Origin: a virus
Taxonomy: Duplodnaviria; Caudoviricetes
Virus record (IMG/VR): IMGVR_UViG_3300028588_000015
Location: 64,001 to 128,000 of that record
Length of the DNA: 64,000 bases
Direction: 5' to 3' (one strand)
Below, piece after piece: positions 10,092-20,215 of this stretch. The notes under the pieces are model-generated. The model saw only the letters and a program-made list of their open reading frames with translations, was not told the origin of the DNA and made no database searches. Position 1 is the first letter of the stretch. Each line of letters opens with the position of its first letter. The translations under genes and the position numbers were made by a program.

Positions 10092-11477
10092 ATGGCACAA
10101 AACACATACGCAGTGACTGCGACTGACAATCAAAAGCGCATTCCCTTGCGTGGCGATATGGATGTTGCATTGAACACCGAGCAATTGCCCACTTTCATGG
10201 TGCAATTTATCACGTCTGACTTTGGTTTTTTCAAGTTCAAAACCACCCTCGGTATCCTGGATTTCGCGGGCAATGTTGTCAGTGAAATTTCCATTGGTGG
10301 GCGCCCCAATACCTACGTGGAGCTGATGTACGACGCCAGTAAATCACTGTGGCGCATTACTGGATCGAACGTTCCTGTCCCACGACGTTTCGCCCCTAAA
10401 TATCCGTGGGAACTCGATATTCTCGCGTCGGTCACGCTGACCGCCACACCGCTTTCCCGCGCGACGGCCGGGGATATTGTGTTGCGGGCAAATGTATTTT
10501 CCTTACTGCCAATTGCCAAGGTCGAATTCTTCTGCGATAACCTGTTGATTGACACGGATGTTTTGCCGCCGTACACGGGCAAGGACACCGTCAATTATAC
10601 CCACAACGGCAACCGTGTCTATACCGCAAAGGTTACAACCTTGCTCGGCATCACGGCTACCAGTGATCCGGTGATTGTGACGGTGAACATTGCAGCGCCA
10701 CCGGTGCCCGATACCACACCGCCCACTGTGGCCTTGAGTGCATCGCGCACAAGTGTTACGAGCGCTGGCACGGTCAAACTGACTGCGACGGCGAGTGATG
10801 ACCGAGCAGTGAGCCGCGTTGAGATCCTGCGGGGCGCTGCGGTGGTGGCCAATCTTACAGCGCCACCCTACACGCTGGACCAACTGTTCTCTTTGGCTGA
10901 GAATGGCACCATCAGCTACAGCGCACGTGCGTACGATGCGGCCAACAATGTCGGGCAAAGTAATGTTGTCGACGTCGTGGTCAACATTGCGCCGCCGGTT
11001 CAAGTGACGCAGATGGTGATCGACCCTGTGACTTTGGCCGAGATGTCAACCGCAGCCCTTGCGACAGCACTGGGTCCTAATCGTACTGAACGCCGTGCGG
11101 CAGTGGCCCAAGCCGTGATCGATGCATTCAAGCCGACTTATGTTCTCTATGTCTATCGCAATGGCGCTACCGTCTTTACCGTCCAGTTTGACAGCAGCTT
11201 GACCGTGGTAACCGAAGGCGTGGGTACGAATGCCGAAGTCTATATTGGCCTTGGCGACATCGTCAGCGGCCAGGCGGCCGTTGCTGCGGATATTAACACC
11301 GGCGCGTGGACGTTCTTGCTCGCTGGCGGTGCCGATGCCCAGCGCACCATCGCAGGTACGGTGGGTCCTGACGGGTCCGGCAAGAACATCACCCTGAGTG
11401 GGTCACCGTTTGTGGGTCAGGAATTTGACGCCACCGTGATGTTCCGGATCGATCGTTCCACTGACGGCCTGGCGTAA
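10092..11477 (+). CDS. virion protein with two bacterial Ig-like domains
   Basis: Two Ig-like repeats (e.g. DTTPPTVALSAS...LTATASDD..V.RVE...PY...NGT..YSARAYDAANNVG.S); N-terminal PLRGDM module. Confidence 0.7.
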   Translation: MAQNTYAVTATDNQKRIPLRGDMDVALNTEQLPTFMVQFITSDFGFFKFKTTLGILDFAGNVVSEISIGGRPNTYVELMYDASKSLWRITGSNVPVPRRFAPKYPWELDILASVTLTATPLSRATAGDIVLRANVFSLLPIAKVEFFCDNLLIDTDVLPPYTGKDTVNYTHNGNRVYTAKVTTLLGITATSDPVIVTVNIAAPPVPDTTPPTVALSASRTSVTSAGTVKLTATASDDRAVSRVEILRGAAVVANLTAPPYTLDQLFSLAENGTISYSARAYDAANNVGQSNVVDVVVNIAPPVQVTQMVIDPVTLAEMSTAALATALGPNRTERRAAVAQAVIDAFKPTYVLYVYRNGATVFTVQFDSSLTVVTEGVGTNAEVYIGLGDIVSGQAAVAADINTGAWTFLLAGGADAQRTIAGTVGPDGSGKNITLSGSPFVGQEFDATVMFRIDRSTDGLA

Positions 11478-11501
11478 CGCTTACCAAAAAAAGGATTGTT
11501 C

Positions 11502-14135
11502 ATGACCATCAAGACTGACCGCGTAACCTCCAATGAGTTGCGCAAAATTCCCACCCAGAAAGGGCAAGCCGAACACCTTGCCCAAGTGTTCGGTAACAGC
11601 CGTGTCTTTGTTATCCGCCAAGATACTTCTCCAACCGCCAAGTTTCCGATGCTGACTGGCGTCGAGAAAATCAACATCACCAACACGGGCGCCCTCGAAA
11701 TTAAAGCGGGCGCAGTATCGAACTTCGGCGTGCTGGCCACTGTCAACAAGTTTACCGCATTCGACGTCAGTGTCGGTAAAAGTGTGTTGCGTGTCTCGGG
11801 CAATGGCCGCTTTTATCAAGGCACGATTGGCACCACGCCCGATTGTGACTTTGTGGTGCCATTCAAGAACTTCGACCCAACCAACGGTTTGGCGTTTGAC
11901 GAAAGCGCTACACTCAGTGCTTACATGTACCGACCTTCAGGTACCGGTACACCGGCGCCTGATCGTACCGACGACATGGCGTACTCAGTCGAAATCTACA
12001 ACCACAGTCAAGGCGGTAAGGTCACACTTGACTGCACACTGACGATCGACACACGCGATGAAAACGTCGTGTTCGAAGACAAGGATCAAGCCCGTAACAT
12101 CGGCGACACCGCCATGTACCGCACATCGCAGGATGTGCAGTGGGGCAAGGTCGGCGTAGGGGCTACGCTGCTCATTTCTGACAAAAGCAACAGCGAGTCG
12201 GGTTTGGCGCCCTTGCAAGAACTCATTATCAATTTCGCCCGCAATGGTGCTTGGGTGTCCTACCCATTCACCACCACGTACCTGCGCAACCTGATGACCA
12301 TGACCTTGCCGCCGTTCAAGGCTATTTTGCGCAATCGGCGTGGTGAAATTCTCAACATCTTCCAGATGCACGGTGGCGAGGCCATTAACGATATGGCGTT
12401 GTTTTCGGGTAATCTTGCCCACGGCGGCCGTACCGAAGTGCGCCCCCTTCAGCCGCGTTTCAATTGCGCAATGGCTTTGTTCTGGGAAAGCGATCGGCCG
12501 GCACTGAATGACATGTACGACACGTACATGCCTGGGTTGGATCAATTCCGTGAATCGATGTGCAAAAACCAGTCGAGTTTTACGGAAACTGAACCATTGA
12601 TCACCGGTGGTTATGGCGGTAACTCGCTCAATGGCTCGAACCACATGTACTATGCAGGCCGTTGGCCAGAAGCCAATGTTTACAAACTAATCAATGACCC
12701 GTTCCTGGATGATTTCATGAACTCCAACGGTAGCTCAGCCTACCGCGCCGGTTGGATTAAAGGGTACGATGGCTCTGAACCTGGTGCGTATGCCGGCAGC
12801 AACTGGTACACGTCCCCTGGCGGTCCGCGTCCAGACCGATCGGTGTACCCATCGGTACTGGCCCTGTGGTTGGACAACCTCAATGGTGTACGCACACAAG
12901 ACAATGTCCCCTACAAGGACATGGCGCATGGTTTCTATCGTGGACTGTATAACCACAGCAACCATTTCATGAATAACGCCAGTACCATGGAAGGCATCAA
13001 CAAGAACGATTTGTTGTATGACCGCGTCACGGCTGAAAATACCTACTACGGCAACGATCCGCGTTCAATCGGGGTATCGTTCAATGGCGACCAGCGCGAT
13101 GGCACCGGTTCCTGGAATATGGACATCGATGGCGACATGATCATGTCCGGTTGGGCCCGCGATCCACTGCACGATCACGCACAGCGCGGTATGTTTGGTA
13201 TGCATGTCCGTAGTCCGGCATATGCACTCTGGGGGCGCTTTGACACCATGAGCGCCATGATGCTGCACCAGTTCCCTGAAACGGGTGTGCGGGGTCAATA
13301 CATGATCCGTACCATGGCTTGGCAGTGGTTCCAAATGCTGGTGGCGTGGAAGAATGCTACCAAACATGCCCGTGGTTTCTCGCGTGCTGAAATGGAAGCG
13401 TATTGGGTGCGGATGCTCGAAGGGGTGTACAAATACCATTACAAACCCGTTCACATCGACATGGAAGACTCGGGTTATGCACGCGGTGTTCGTAACCTCG
13501 GTATTGCCCTGCGTCAGCATGACAATGGCTATGGTTGGGCTGACCCGGGCGGTAAGCTCGGTTATTACATGGCATGGACGCTGCAACTCATGAAGCAAAC
13601 CGGCCTCTGGCATACCTTGATCGCCAAGAACGAGCGTTGCTCGCTGGCTTTGCATGGGCTGGTGCGCGACATGGACACCCATTGCTTCGGTCTGATGACG
13701 CAAGCCAATGGCGCTGTCCCTGGCAATTACCTGTACATCCCTGGTTGGCCGTCATTGGATGTGATTCCCGTGAGCTGGCCGGCATGGTATGCAGAGCACC
13801 TCAAAGACCCGGTGGGTGACAATGACTGGATCTACCGAAGCGGGTATAACGACGATGGTAGTGAGTACCACCGCCGCTACGAACCGAACCAAGATATTGC
13901 GTGGAACCACTTCGAGGCATATGCACGGATGCGCAAAAACTTCTTCCCGGAAATCGTGCACCCGCTGATGGACCAAGCGATCTCGGAATTCGATCGTTAC
14001 CGTGCAGATGTTACCGGTCGCGTCAACGCGGCTGCCACACCCACCGAGAAGCGAAACATGGACTACCCGTTCCGCTCAGCCGGGATTTGCCCGGTCAAGC
14101 CACCGGCACCCGGTAAGTTACGCATGCAGGCATAG
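11502..14135 (+). CDS. large hypothetical protein of the tail cassette (877 aa)
   Basis: RBS AAGGA, ATG at 11502. Beta-rich N half, aromatic-rich helical C half. No family recognised with confidence. Confidence 0.6.
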   Translation: MTIKTDRVTSNELRKIPTQKGQAEHLAQVFGNSRVFVIRQDTSPTAKFPMLTGVEKINITNTGALEIKAGAVSNFGVLATVNKFTAFDVSVGKSVLRVSGNGRFYQGTIGTTPDCDFVVPFKNFDPTNGLAFDESATLSAYMYRPSGTGTPAPDRTDDMAYSVEIYNHSQGGKVTLDCTLTIDTRDENVVFEDKDQARNIGDTAMYRTSQDVQWGKVGVGATLLISDKSNSESGLAPLQELIINFARNGAWVSYPFTTTYLRNLMTMTLPPFKAILRNRRGEILNIFQMHGGEAINDMALFSGNLAHGGRTEVRPLQPRFNCAMALFWESDRPALNDMYDTYMPGLDQFRESMCKNQSSFTETEPLITGGYGGNSLNGSNHMYYAGRWPEANVYKLINDPFLDDFMNSNGSSAYRAGWIKGYDGSEPGAYAGSNWYTSPGGPRPDRSVYPSVLALWLDNLNGVRTQDNVPYKDMAHGFYRGLYNHSNHFMNNASTMEGINKNDLLYDRVTAENTYYGNDPRSIGVSFNGDQRDGTGSWNMDIDGDMIMSGWARDPLHDHAQRGMFGMHVRSPAYALWGRFDTMSAMMLHQFPETGVRGQYMIRTMAWQWFQMLVAWKNATKHARGFSRAEMEAYWVRMLEGVYKYHYKPVHIDMEDSGYARGVRNLGIALRQHDNGYGWADPGGKLGYYMAWTLQLMKQTGLWHTLIAKNERCSLALHGLVRDMDTHCFGLMTQANGAVPGNYLYIPGWPSLDVIPVSWPAWYAEHLKDPVGDNDWIYRSGYNDDGSEYHRRYEPNQDIAWNHFEAYARMRKNFFPEIVHPLMDQAISEFDRYRADVTGRVNAAATPTEKRNMDYPFRSAGICPVKPPAPGKLRMQA

Positions 14136-14148
14136 CTGAATCAACAGC

Positions 14149-14184
14149 GCCAAGGCGGCTATTGTTCGCCGCCTTGGCTTTTTA
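14149..14184 (+). terminator. intrinsic terminator
   Basis: GCCAAGGCGG/CCGCCTTGGC stem plus T5. Confidence 0.85.
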
Positions 14185-14211
14185 AAGAATATATTAACGA
14201 GGCATAAACAC

Positions 14212-17200
14212 ATGAGCGATCCTGTATACAGCACACCAATGGGTGATCCGACTCGTTTGCGTGAGTTGGTGAAGGTGGTAGAAAGTGGCGCCGCCCCGAC
14301 CTGGGTGTATACGCCTGACAGTGGTGCGGATGCACCGGCCTACGGTCAGGGTGGACTTTTCCCAAGTTTTATCAAGGCCGGCACCGATGGCTCCATCGCG
14401 GTGCGCTTCACCGGTTTTCAAAACGCCACCATTGCGTTCATTTCCGACAAGACCAAGCGTTGGGATGGTGCGACGCCGTGGCGGATCGATACGTACCAAG
14501 CGGGGCACGCCTATAAGCCTGTACTGTACGGTAACTATCTGACCGATGGCCCAAATGTCAATGCGGAAGGCGGCGACATCGTACAAATGCGCCGCACCGG
14601 CACGACGGTTTATGCAGAAGTGTCGAAAGACAATGGCGCCACCTGGATCAACATTTACACTTGGCCGAATGTTGATCCGGACATGGATCTGTACGGTGAA
14701 GTGGGCGTGTTCTATTGGATGAGCCGCGCTGAGGGGGTATGGGCCAAAGGCTTGGATTCCCAAGTCAATCCAGTCGCGCCCACGCCCCCTGTGCTTGCTT
14801 CGGCCATTGCCTCAAACGTCGCCGGCATGGGACGGGTGGTGCTCAATTTCAATGAACCCATCGACAAGAGCAAGATTCCGGACAAGTCGGCGTTCAGTGT
14901 ATCAGGGCATACCGTCGCTGCGGCTACGAATATGGCAAGCTTGGCAAACGCTATCGCTCTCGACGTCACGGGTTTGATTGCCTTGGGTGAGGTTGTCACG
15001 GTCACCTACGTTGCGCCAGCCACCAACAGCATTATCGACCTCGACGGCACGCCCGGTAACAGCTTTGGCCCAGTGGTGGCAATCAATAACGTACCGCGCC
15101 CGCTTGGTGTTCGCCGACGCCTCGGTTATGTGCCGCCCGGTATCGCAGAAGGCGGGGTGGCGCCAAATTGGACCTATGCCAATACCGATGGCAATTACAC
15201 GACCTGGGCCAACACTGCCCAGGCACTGAATCGCATGCCAGCAGGTCGCGATGGATCGTTCGAACTTGTCATTGGCAACTACGCCAATGGTTCGTTCATT
15301 GGCCTCACGGCAAGTTCCCAAGTCAACACGCTCCCTGAATATTCTCTGAATATTTACCAGTTCGGCTACCCCTACACACTGTCTGCCGGTAGCGATGCGG
15401 CAGCAGTTGCTGTTTTGGCGGCGCCCGGCGATATCTGTCGTATGCGTCGTTTGGGTAACCGCATTTATGCAGAAGTGTCGAAAGACAATGGCGACAGTTA
15501 CACGGTGGTTGGCACCTGGTCGAACACACCCCAAGTTGATCTGTACGGCGAAGTTTCGTTGGCCTTCAATACGAACATCAGTGCAGTTTATAGCACTGGT
15601 TTCGTGGCAGCGACGGCTTACGACGTGTTTGTCGATAAAGCCCGAGACTTGGATCTGCGCGGAAAAAGCTGGACAGCAGAACAAGTCAGTTATCTGAACA
15701 CTTCGGTTGCCACCTTGGCGCCGGATGGCAGTGGCGGGTTGTACAAGCAATCCAATGCAGCCACCCTCGGTCTGGCGTGGACGCAGCGTAACGAGGACGC
15801 TGGTTCGGCGGTTTTCTTCACGCACGATGGCGGTAGTTACGCTGCCATTCCGCAATTGGTGGTGGCCAGCAACTTGCTGGAAACTTATACCGACGGTATC
15901 CGATGCTCGTTCACTGACGGTGGATTCTTGCTGGAAGAAATCACCAATGGTGCCGTAGGCGCCATGGTTTCCAATACGCTCGCCTTGGTGGCGGGCGAAA
16001 AGTATTGTTTGGAAATTGGCCAAGCCGATACGGTCAGTGACAAAGATTTTGTTTTGCGTATCAGCACCGTGGTCGCAGGTGAGCGCGGTTTGCTGGTGGC
16101 ATACGCCTTGCTCAATGCGCGAAACGCTCATCCGGGTAAGAACGCAGGGCTGCTGTCGAGCGCGGTCGATAGCGCTTTCGATACCGTCACGCGGATCGAA
16201 ACGCTGGCGCAGACAATCCCCGTGCGGATGGTCCCATCAAAGCTGCTCATCGAGGCGGCCTCGAATCAAGTGACGCAAGGATTTTCGCAACGTTTGACGG
16301 TACGGACTGACCAGTCTCTGGCGGCTTTTGAAAGCGTGGAAGTCAATATCACCGACAACGCTGGTGGCCAATTTGATGTGGCCAACTTCACGCTCTCGGG
16401 TACCAACCAGCTCCAGCAGGTTAACTGGCGGCCGAGCAACGTGATCGGTGCCCGTACGCTCACGGCCCAGCAAGTCACCGGTCTTGACGTGGACGACGGT
16501 TCGCTGCATTTCGAAGTGACCGTACCGATTCCGGCCAGCGCACTTGTTTACACCGGCGAAAAGGAAGTCGAACTAGGAAAGACGCTGAAGTTTGTGCTGT
16601 CTACCAACCAGCCACTGCTGGTGGGCGACACCGAAGCCTACACCGTGTCCCTCGTCGGTACTGGCAGTGTGGCACCAATGTCCGGTACCCTGAACAATGG
16701 GGACCTCAGTCAGGAACTGGAATTCACACCGCAAACGGTGGGTGTGACGAAGATTAAGTTCACCCCCATGGGTTCGCCTGTCCTTCCGGCCTTGGAAGTG
16801 CAAGTGACGGTGAAGCCCCGTTCACCGACGTTTGTCAAGGGTATCAACGTCTACGAAGTCGGCATTGGTCACCAGTTTGCAACTGCCAAACAGGCGTCCG
16901 CCTACATCGCCGACAAGAAGTTGGTCGATACCCAGGCAAAAGTCTATTTTGAGTACTACGGTGATCATTATTTTGATACCGACTTTGTTGCGGGTAACAC
17001 CAGCCAAGAGTACAACATCACTCACCGGCCGGCTGCGGGTGAAGGTTACCTGGACAAAGCTACTTCAGGTTTGTTCCATTATCCGGATGCTGGTACTGAG
17101 TTAACCTTCCCGGGTTCGTATGTCACTCTGCAACGCGGCACGGTGATGGAAAACTTCCGGATGAAGTTTGAAAACAATACGACACTGCTGTTCTCGCCCA

Positions 17201-20073
17201 GCAACGGCGCTGGCGGCCAAGCGGCAGACGCATACCTGCGCAATAACCGTATCCTGGTTCAGCGGCCGGGGACCAGTGAAGTGATCCAGTCCGGCGAGTA
17301 CGCCATCAACTGCCACGTACAAAACAATCTGTTCTTGTTGCAAACCCCGGGTATCTATATCAACCTGCGTGATAGCGCGGGTAATGTAACCGGTAACACA
17401 GTTATCGCGCAGGGAGCAGCATTGGGCAGTGCTGTATTTGCCATGAGTGGTAACTTCGATTACAACAATACGAAAGTGCAGAACAACGTCTTTATTGACG
17501 TAGGGGCAGTGCCGTTTAACATCGATGTGAACCGCCCAGCACCTGAACAGGTGTACAGTAACAACTTTACCAACGCAGCGATTAGCGCAGCGGTGGCGCC
17601 AGTGTACACAGTCAATACCGTCGCACCGTTTGTTGCAGATAAAGCAACCGATCTGCGGCCAGTGGTCAACGGTCCTTTGTTCGGAAAAGCGTCTGCGTAT
17701 GCGACTTCGACGATCGACGGCGCCGGCCAAAACCGGGGCTTTGCACCGGACGCAGGTGCATTCCAAGCAATTCCGGCCAGCAAATTGCCCATCGTTAAAT
17801 CGACTGGGCAAACCGTCAGCGGGCAGTATGTCCGTTATACGGTCAGTGTGCTCAACGAGATTGGTTCGTTGACGGCGCGCATGATCCCCGATGCTGTTGC
17901 GCCCGATGGCGCCCAAGAAGTCGGACCTCTGCCGTTTACCGTGAATGGCGGAACAGCGTATGTGGATATTCTGGTACCAAAGGCGGGTCTGTATGCCCCG
18001 GCAGAATTTGTCGCCAGCAATGATGGTGGCGTCGTCAAGTCGTATTCCGACCTGCCGCTGCGTGTGGTACCTTTGAAGTCGAGCGCAACATTCGACGATT
18101 TTGTCGGGGTGGCCGATGCTGTCGTGGCGGCTGGTCGACCGACGTTGCCGTTCTTCGGCACTGTCGTTGACTCCGGTGTAAATATCGTCAAGCCATTGGT
18201 GATCTTGTCAGTTGACAATGGTGACTTTTTCGCCGATGGCAGCGTTACGGTTACCGCAAGTGTTGCCAGCCCGATCGGGGTCGACCGGGTTGAACTTCTG
18301 CGTAACGGCGTGAAAGTCGACACGAAAACGCAGGCACCGTACGCGCTCACCCAGAACTTGACGCGCGCTGATAACGGTACTGTCGTCTACAGTGCCAAAG
18401 CGTACGACACCCAAGGTAACTTTACGGTAAGTGAAAACTTCCCAATCTATGTGAGGATACCCGCCGCTGGTGCCACGGTACCCACGGTCACGAGCATCGC
18501 ACTTGTCCCACCGAGTTACGATGGCGATGTGGCGCATCTTGAGATTAAGTTCTCGGAAGCGATGAATACCGCGCGTGAATTCGATTACAGCGGTGTTTGG
18601 AACTTCGGTATCGATGCTCACTTTACCACCGGCTTGACTGCATTCACGGATGCGACGACGCTGCGGATGAATTACGAATACGTGGCCCCCGTGTTGCCCG
18701 GGGAGCAGGCGTATTTCAGCTACCGTAAGGATTTTCTGCACGGCTGGCGTAGTGCGGCTGGGGTGTTGGTGGAATCGTTCGATGGGTTCCCTGTCGTAAA
18801 TAATCTGCCTGAACAAGGATCGCCCGGTGCGTATGAAACATTCACCAATGTGGCCGATGGGGCGAACGTGGCCAGTGTCGGTTGGGATGGCGGAGCGGAA
18901 GATACGCAACAAGTGTGGCATGCTTCTACGCAACTGGTGCGCGCGGCAGGCGCAGGTGGCGCGTATCCGGCCACCTCGGGACAAATCTTCGCCAGCTTCC
19001 GTCGGAAAGGACATGTTGCGCCTGGATGGGGGTATCGCGATGGCACCGGTGTGGCAGCGTTCTTTAAGTTAACTGCCGCTGGTCAGTCGCCTTACGGCAT
19101 CGCGATCATGTGTGACGATGGCAATGACGGCATCAGTAGTTTCGGCCTGGTTGCAGTGCGGGTTGAGGTGACGCCGGACGGCACGCTGCAATTCCGTCAC
19201 GCTAACAATCGTCGGCCGCCGCTCGCTTACCCGCCGAAAACCGGCGCAGCGCTCGATGTACTGCAAGAGTATGCGCTGGAGCTGGCCCGTGTTACCACGC
19301 AAGCTGAAACAACCTTTGCAATGCGGTTGTGGAAAGCCACCAATGGCGTTCGCACTAGCCTGATCAATTCGGCGTCCTGCGTAGTGAACTATAAGGCCAT
19401 CTTTAACGATGCGCCCATCGCGAAGCTGTATGTCACGGATGTGTCTGCACCACCGGCACTTCTGACCCGCGTGGAAGAGATCACGAATGCGTTCTCGGCG
19501 CGCGAAGTGGTGTCGCTGCTTCCTACCGGTAACCGCTCCACCTTGACCTCCATCCGTAACATTGTTGCGACCGGTTCCGGTGCTGACATGAGTTACGCGG
19601 GTAACGGCGCGGCGCTGTCGAGCCGGCCCGGCGGTATTTTCGCCATGCGTTTCTTAAATGTAGCGCAGCAATCGGGTATTTTTGCAGATGGCGGCGTATC
19701 GGCAGTAGTGGGTGCGGTAGTGGATAACATCTACCTGGGCGCATTCATCACGCCGTCGGCTGGTGTGTTCCCAACCGAACCTGTGGCCGCAGATAAGATG
19801 CACCTCGCTATCTGCGCGCCTGCCATCGGGCAAGCGTACCAGATTTACACGGAAGGCCGGAATCGTTTGCCCACTAAAAAGATGTTGGTGGCAGAGGGTG
19901 ACGTCATGCGTGTGCGTACTTGCGGTCTGGAGGTCTTCTTTGAAGTGAAGAAGAATGATGTCTGGACGCGCATCTTCCGTATCCGCAATGCAGCAGGTGG
20001 TCTGACCGACTATTACACTGCGGCGCAGTTGTTGTTGCCCGGTAATTCGGCAGTATCGGCGATTTACCAGTAA
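14212..20073 (+). CDS. 1953-aa modular adhesin / tail-fibre-like protein
   Basis: Three copies of a beta-sandwich motif (D..(Q/R)MRR.G...YAEVSK.NG...DLYGEV), SwmB-like domains (VVLNFNEPID...F.V...VTVTYVAP...DLDG), an Ig-like domain and an Asn-rich beta-helix segment. Confidence 0.7.
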   Translation: MSDPVYSTPMGDPTRLRELVKVVESGAAPTWVYTPDSGADAPAYGQGGLFPSFIKAGTDGSIAVRFTGFQNATIAFISDKTKRWDGATPWRIDTYQAGHAYKPVLYGNYLTDGPNVNAEGGDIVQMRRTGTTVYAEVSKDNGATWINIYTWPNVDPDMDLYGEVGVFYWMSRAEGVWAKGLDSQVNPVAPTPPVLASAIASNVAGMGRVVLNFNEPIDKSKIPDKSAFSVSGHTVAAATNMASLANAIALDVTGLIALGEVVTVTYVAPATNSIIDLDGTPGNSFGPVVAINNVPRPLGVRRRLGYVPPGIAEGGVAPNWTYANTDGNYTTWANTAQALNRMPAGRDGSFELVIGNYANGSFIGLTASSQVNTLPEYSLNIYQFGYPYTLSAGSDAAAVAVLAAPGDICRMRRLGNRIYAEVSKDNGDSYTVVGTWSNTPQVDLYGEVSLAFNTNISAVYSTGFVAATAYDVFVDKARDLDLRGKSWTAEQVSYLNTSVATLAPDGSGGLYKQSNAATLGLAWTQRNEDAGSAVFFTHDGGSYAAIPQLVVASNLLETYTDGIRCSFTDGGFLLEEITNGAVGAMVSNTLALVAGEKYCLEIGQADTVSDKDFVLRISTVVAGERGLLVAYALLNARNAHPGKNAGLLSSAVDSAFDTVTRIETLAQTIPVRMVPSKLLIEAASNQVTQGFSQRLTVRTDQSLAAFESVEVNITDNAGGQFDVANFTLSGTNQLQQVNWRPSNVIGARTLTAQQVTGLDVDDGSLHFEVTVPIPASALVYTGEKEVELGKTLKFVLSTNQPLLVGDTEAYTVSLVGTGSVAPMSGTLNNGDLSQELEFTPQTVGVTKIKFTPMGSPVLPALEVQVTVKPRSPTFVKGINVYEVGIGHQFATAKQASAYIADKKLVDTQAKVYFEYYGDHYFDTDFVAGNTSQEYNITHRPAAGEGYLDKATSGLFHYPDAGTELTFPGSYVTLQRGTVMENFRMKFENNTTLLFSPSNGAGGQAADAYLRNNRILVQRPGTSEVIQSGEYAINCHVQNNLFLLQTPGIYINLRDSAGNVTGNTVIAQGAALGSAVFAMSGNFDYNNTKVQNNVFIDVGAVPFNIDVNRPAPEQVYSNNFTNAAISAAVAPVYTVNTVAPFVADKATDLRPVVNGPLFGKASAYATSTIDGAGQNRGFAPDAGAFQAIPASKLPIVKSTGQTVSGQYVRYTVSVLNEIGSLTARMIPDAVAPDGAQEVGPLPFTVNGGTAYVDILVPKAGLYAPAEFVASNDGGVVKSYSDLPLRVVPLKSSATFDDFVGVADAVVAAGRPTLPFFGTVVDSGVNIVKPLVILSVDNGDFFADGSVTVTASVASPIGVDRVELLRNGVKVDTKTQAPYALTQNLTRADNGTVVYSAKAYDTQGNFTVSENFPIYVRIPAAGATVPTVTSIALVPPSYDGDVAHLEIKFSEAMNTAREFDYSGVWNFGIDAHFTTGLTAFTDATTLRMNYEYVAPVLPGEQAYFSYRKDFLHGWRSAAGVLVESFDGFPVVNNLPEQGSPGAYETFTNVADGANVASVGWDGGAEDTQQVWHASTQLVRAAGAGGAYPATSGQIFASFRRKGHVAPGWGYRDGTGVAAFFKLTAAGQSPYGIAIMCDDGNDGISSFGLVAVRVEVTPDGTLQFRHANNRRPPLAYPPKTGAALDVLQEYALELARVTTQAETTFAMRLWKATNGVRTSLINSASCVVNYKAIFNDAPIAKLYVTDVSAPPALLTRVEEITNAFSAREVVSLLPTGNRSTLTSIRNIVATGSGADMSYAGNGAALSSRPGGIFAMRFLNVAQQSGIFADGGVSAVVGAVVDNIYLGAFITPSAGVFPTEPVAADKMHLAICAPAIGQAYQIYTEGRNRLPTKKMLVAEGDVMRVRTCGLEVFFEVKKNDVWTRIFRIRNAAGGLTDYYTAAQLLLPGNSAVSAIYQ
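14609..14638 (+). repeat. 30-bp exact direct repeat, copy 1 (copy 2 at 15464-15493)
   Basis: TTTATGCAGAAGTGTCGAAAGACAATGGCG read at both positions. Confidence 0.9.
15464..15493 (+). repeat. 30-bp exact direct repeat, copy 2
   Basis: Identical to 14609-14638. Confidence 0.9.
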
Positions 20074-20082
20074 CTTGAAGTA

Positions 20083-20123
20083 ACCGCATAAAGGCCGGCC
20101 ATAGAGGCCGGCCTTTATGCGGT
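20083..20123. terminator. bidirectional terminator, 18-bp perfect inverted repeat
   Basis: ACCGCATAAAGGCCGGCC-ATAGA-GGCCGGCCTTTATGCGGT. Confidence 0.9.
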
Positions 20124-20140
20124 AATGGTTAGATTCAAAC

Positions 20141-20160
20141 AAAATATGGCCACATATTCT
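20141..20160 (+). promoter_or_regulatory. possible early phage promoter (partial match)
   Basis: GGCCACATATTCT resembles the CACATATYAC motif found at six other intergenic sites. Confidence 0.35.
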
Positions 20161-20215
20161 CCGTGTAGCATGAAGCACTATTGATGCTTCGACTACATTC
20201 ATTAGTTAGGAGGAG

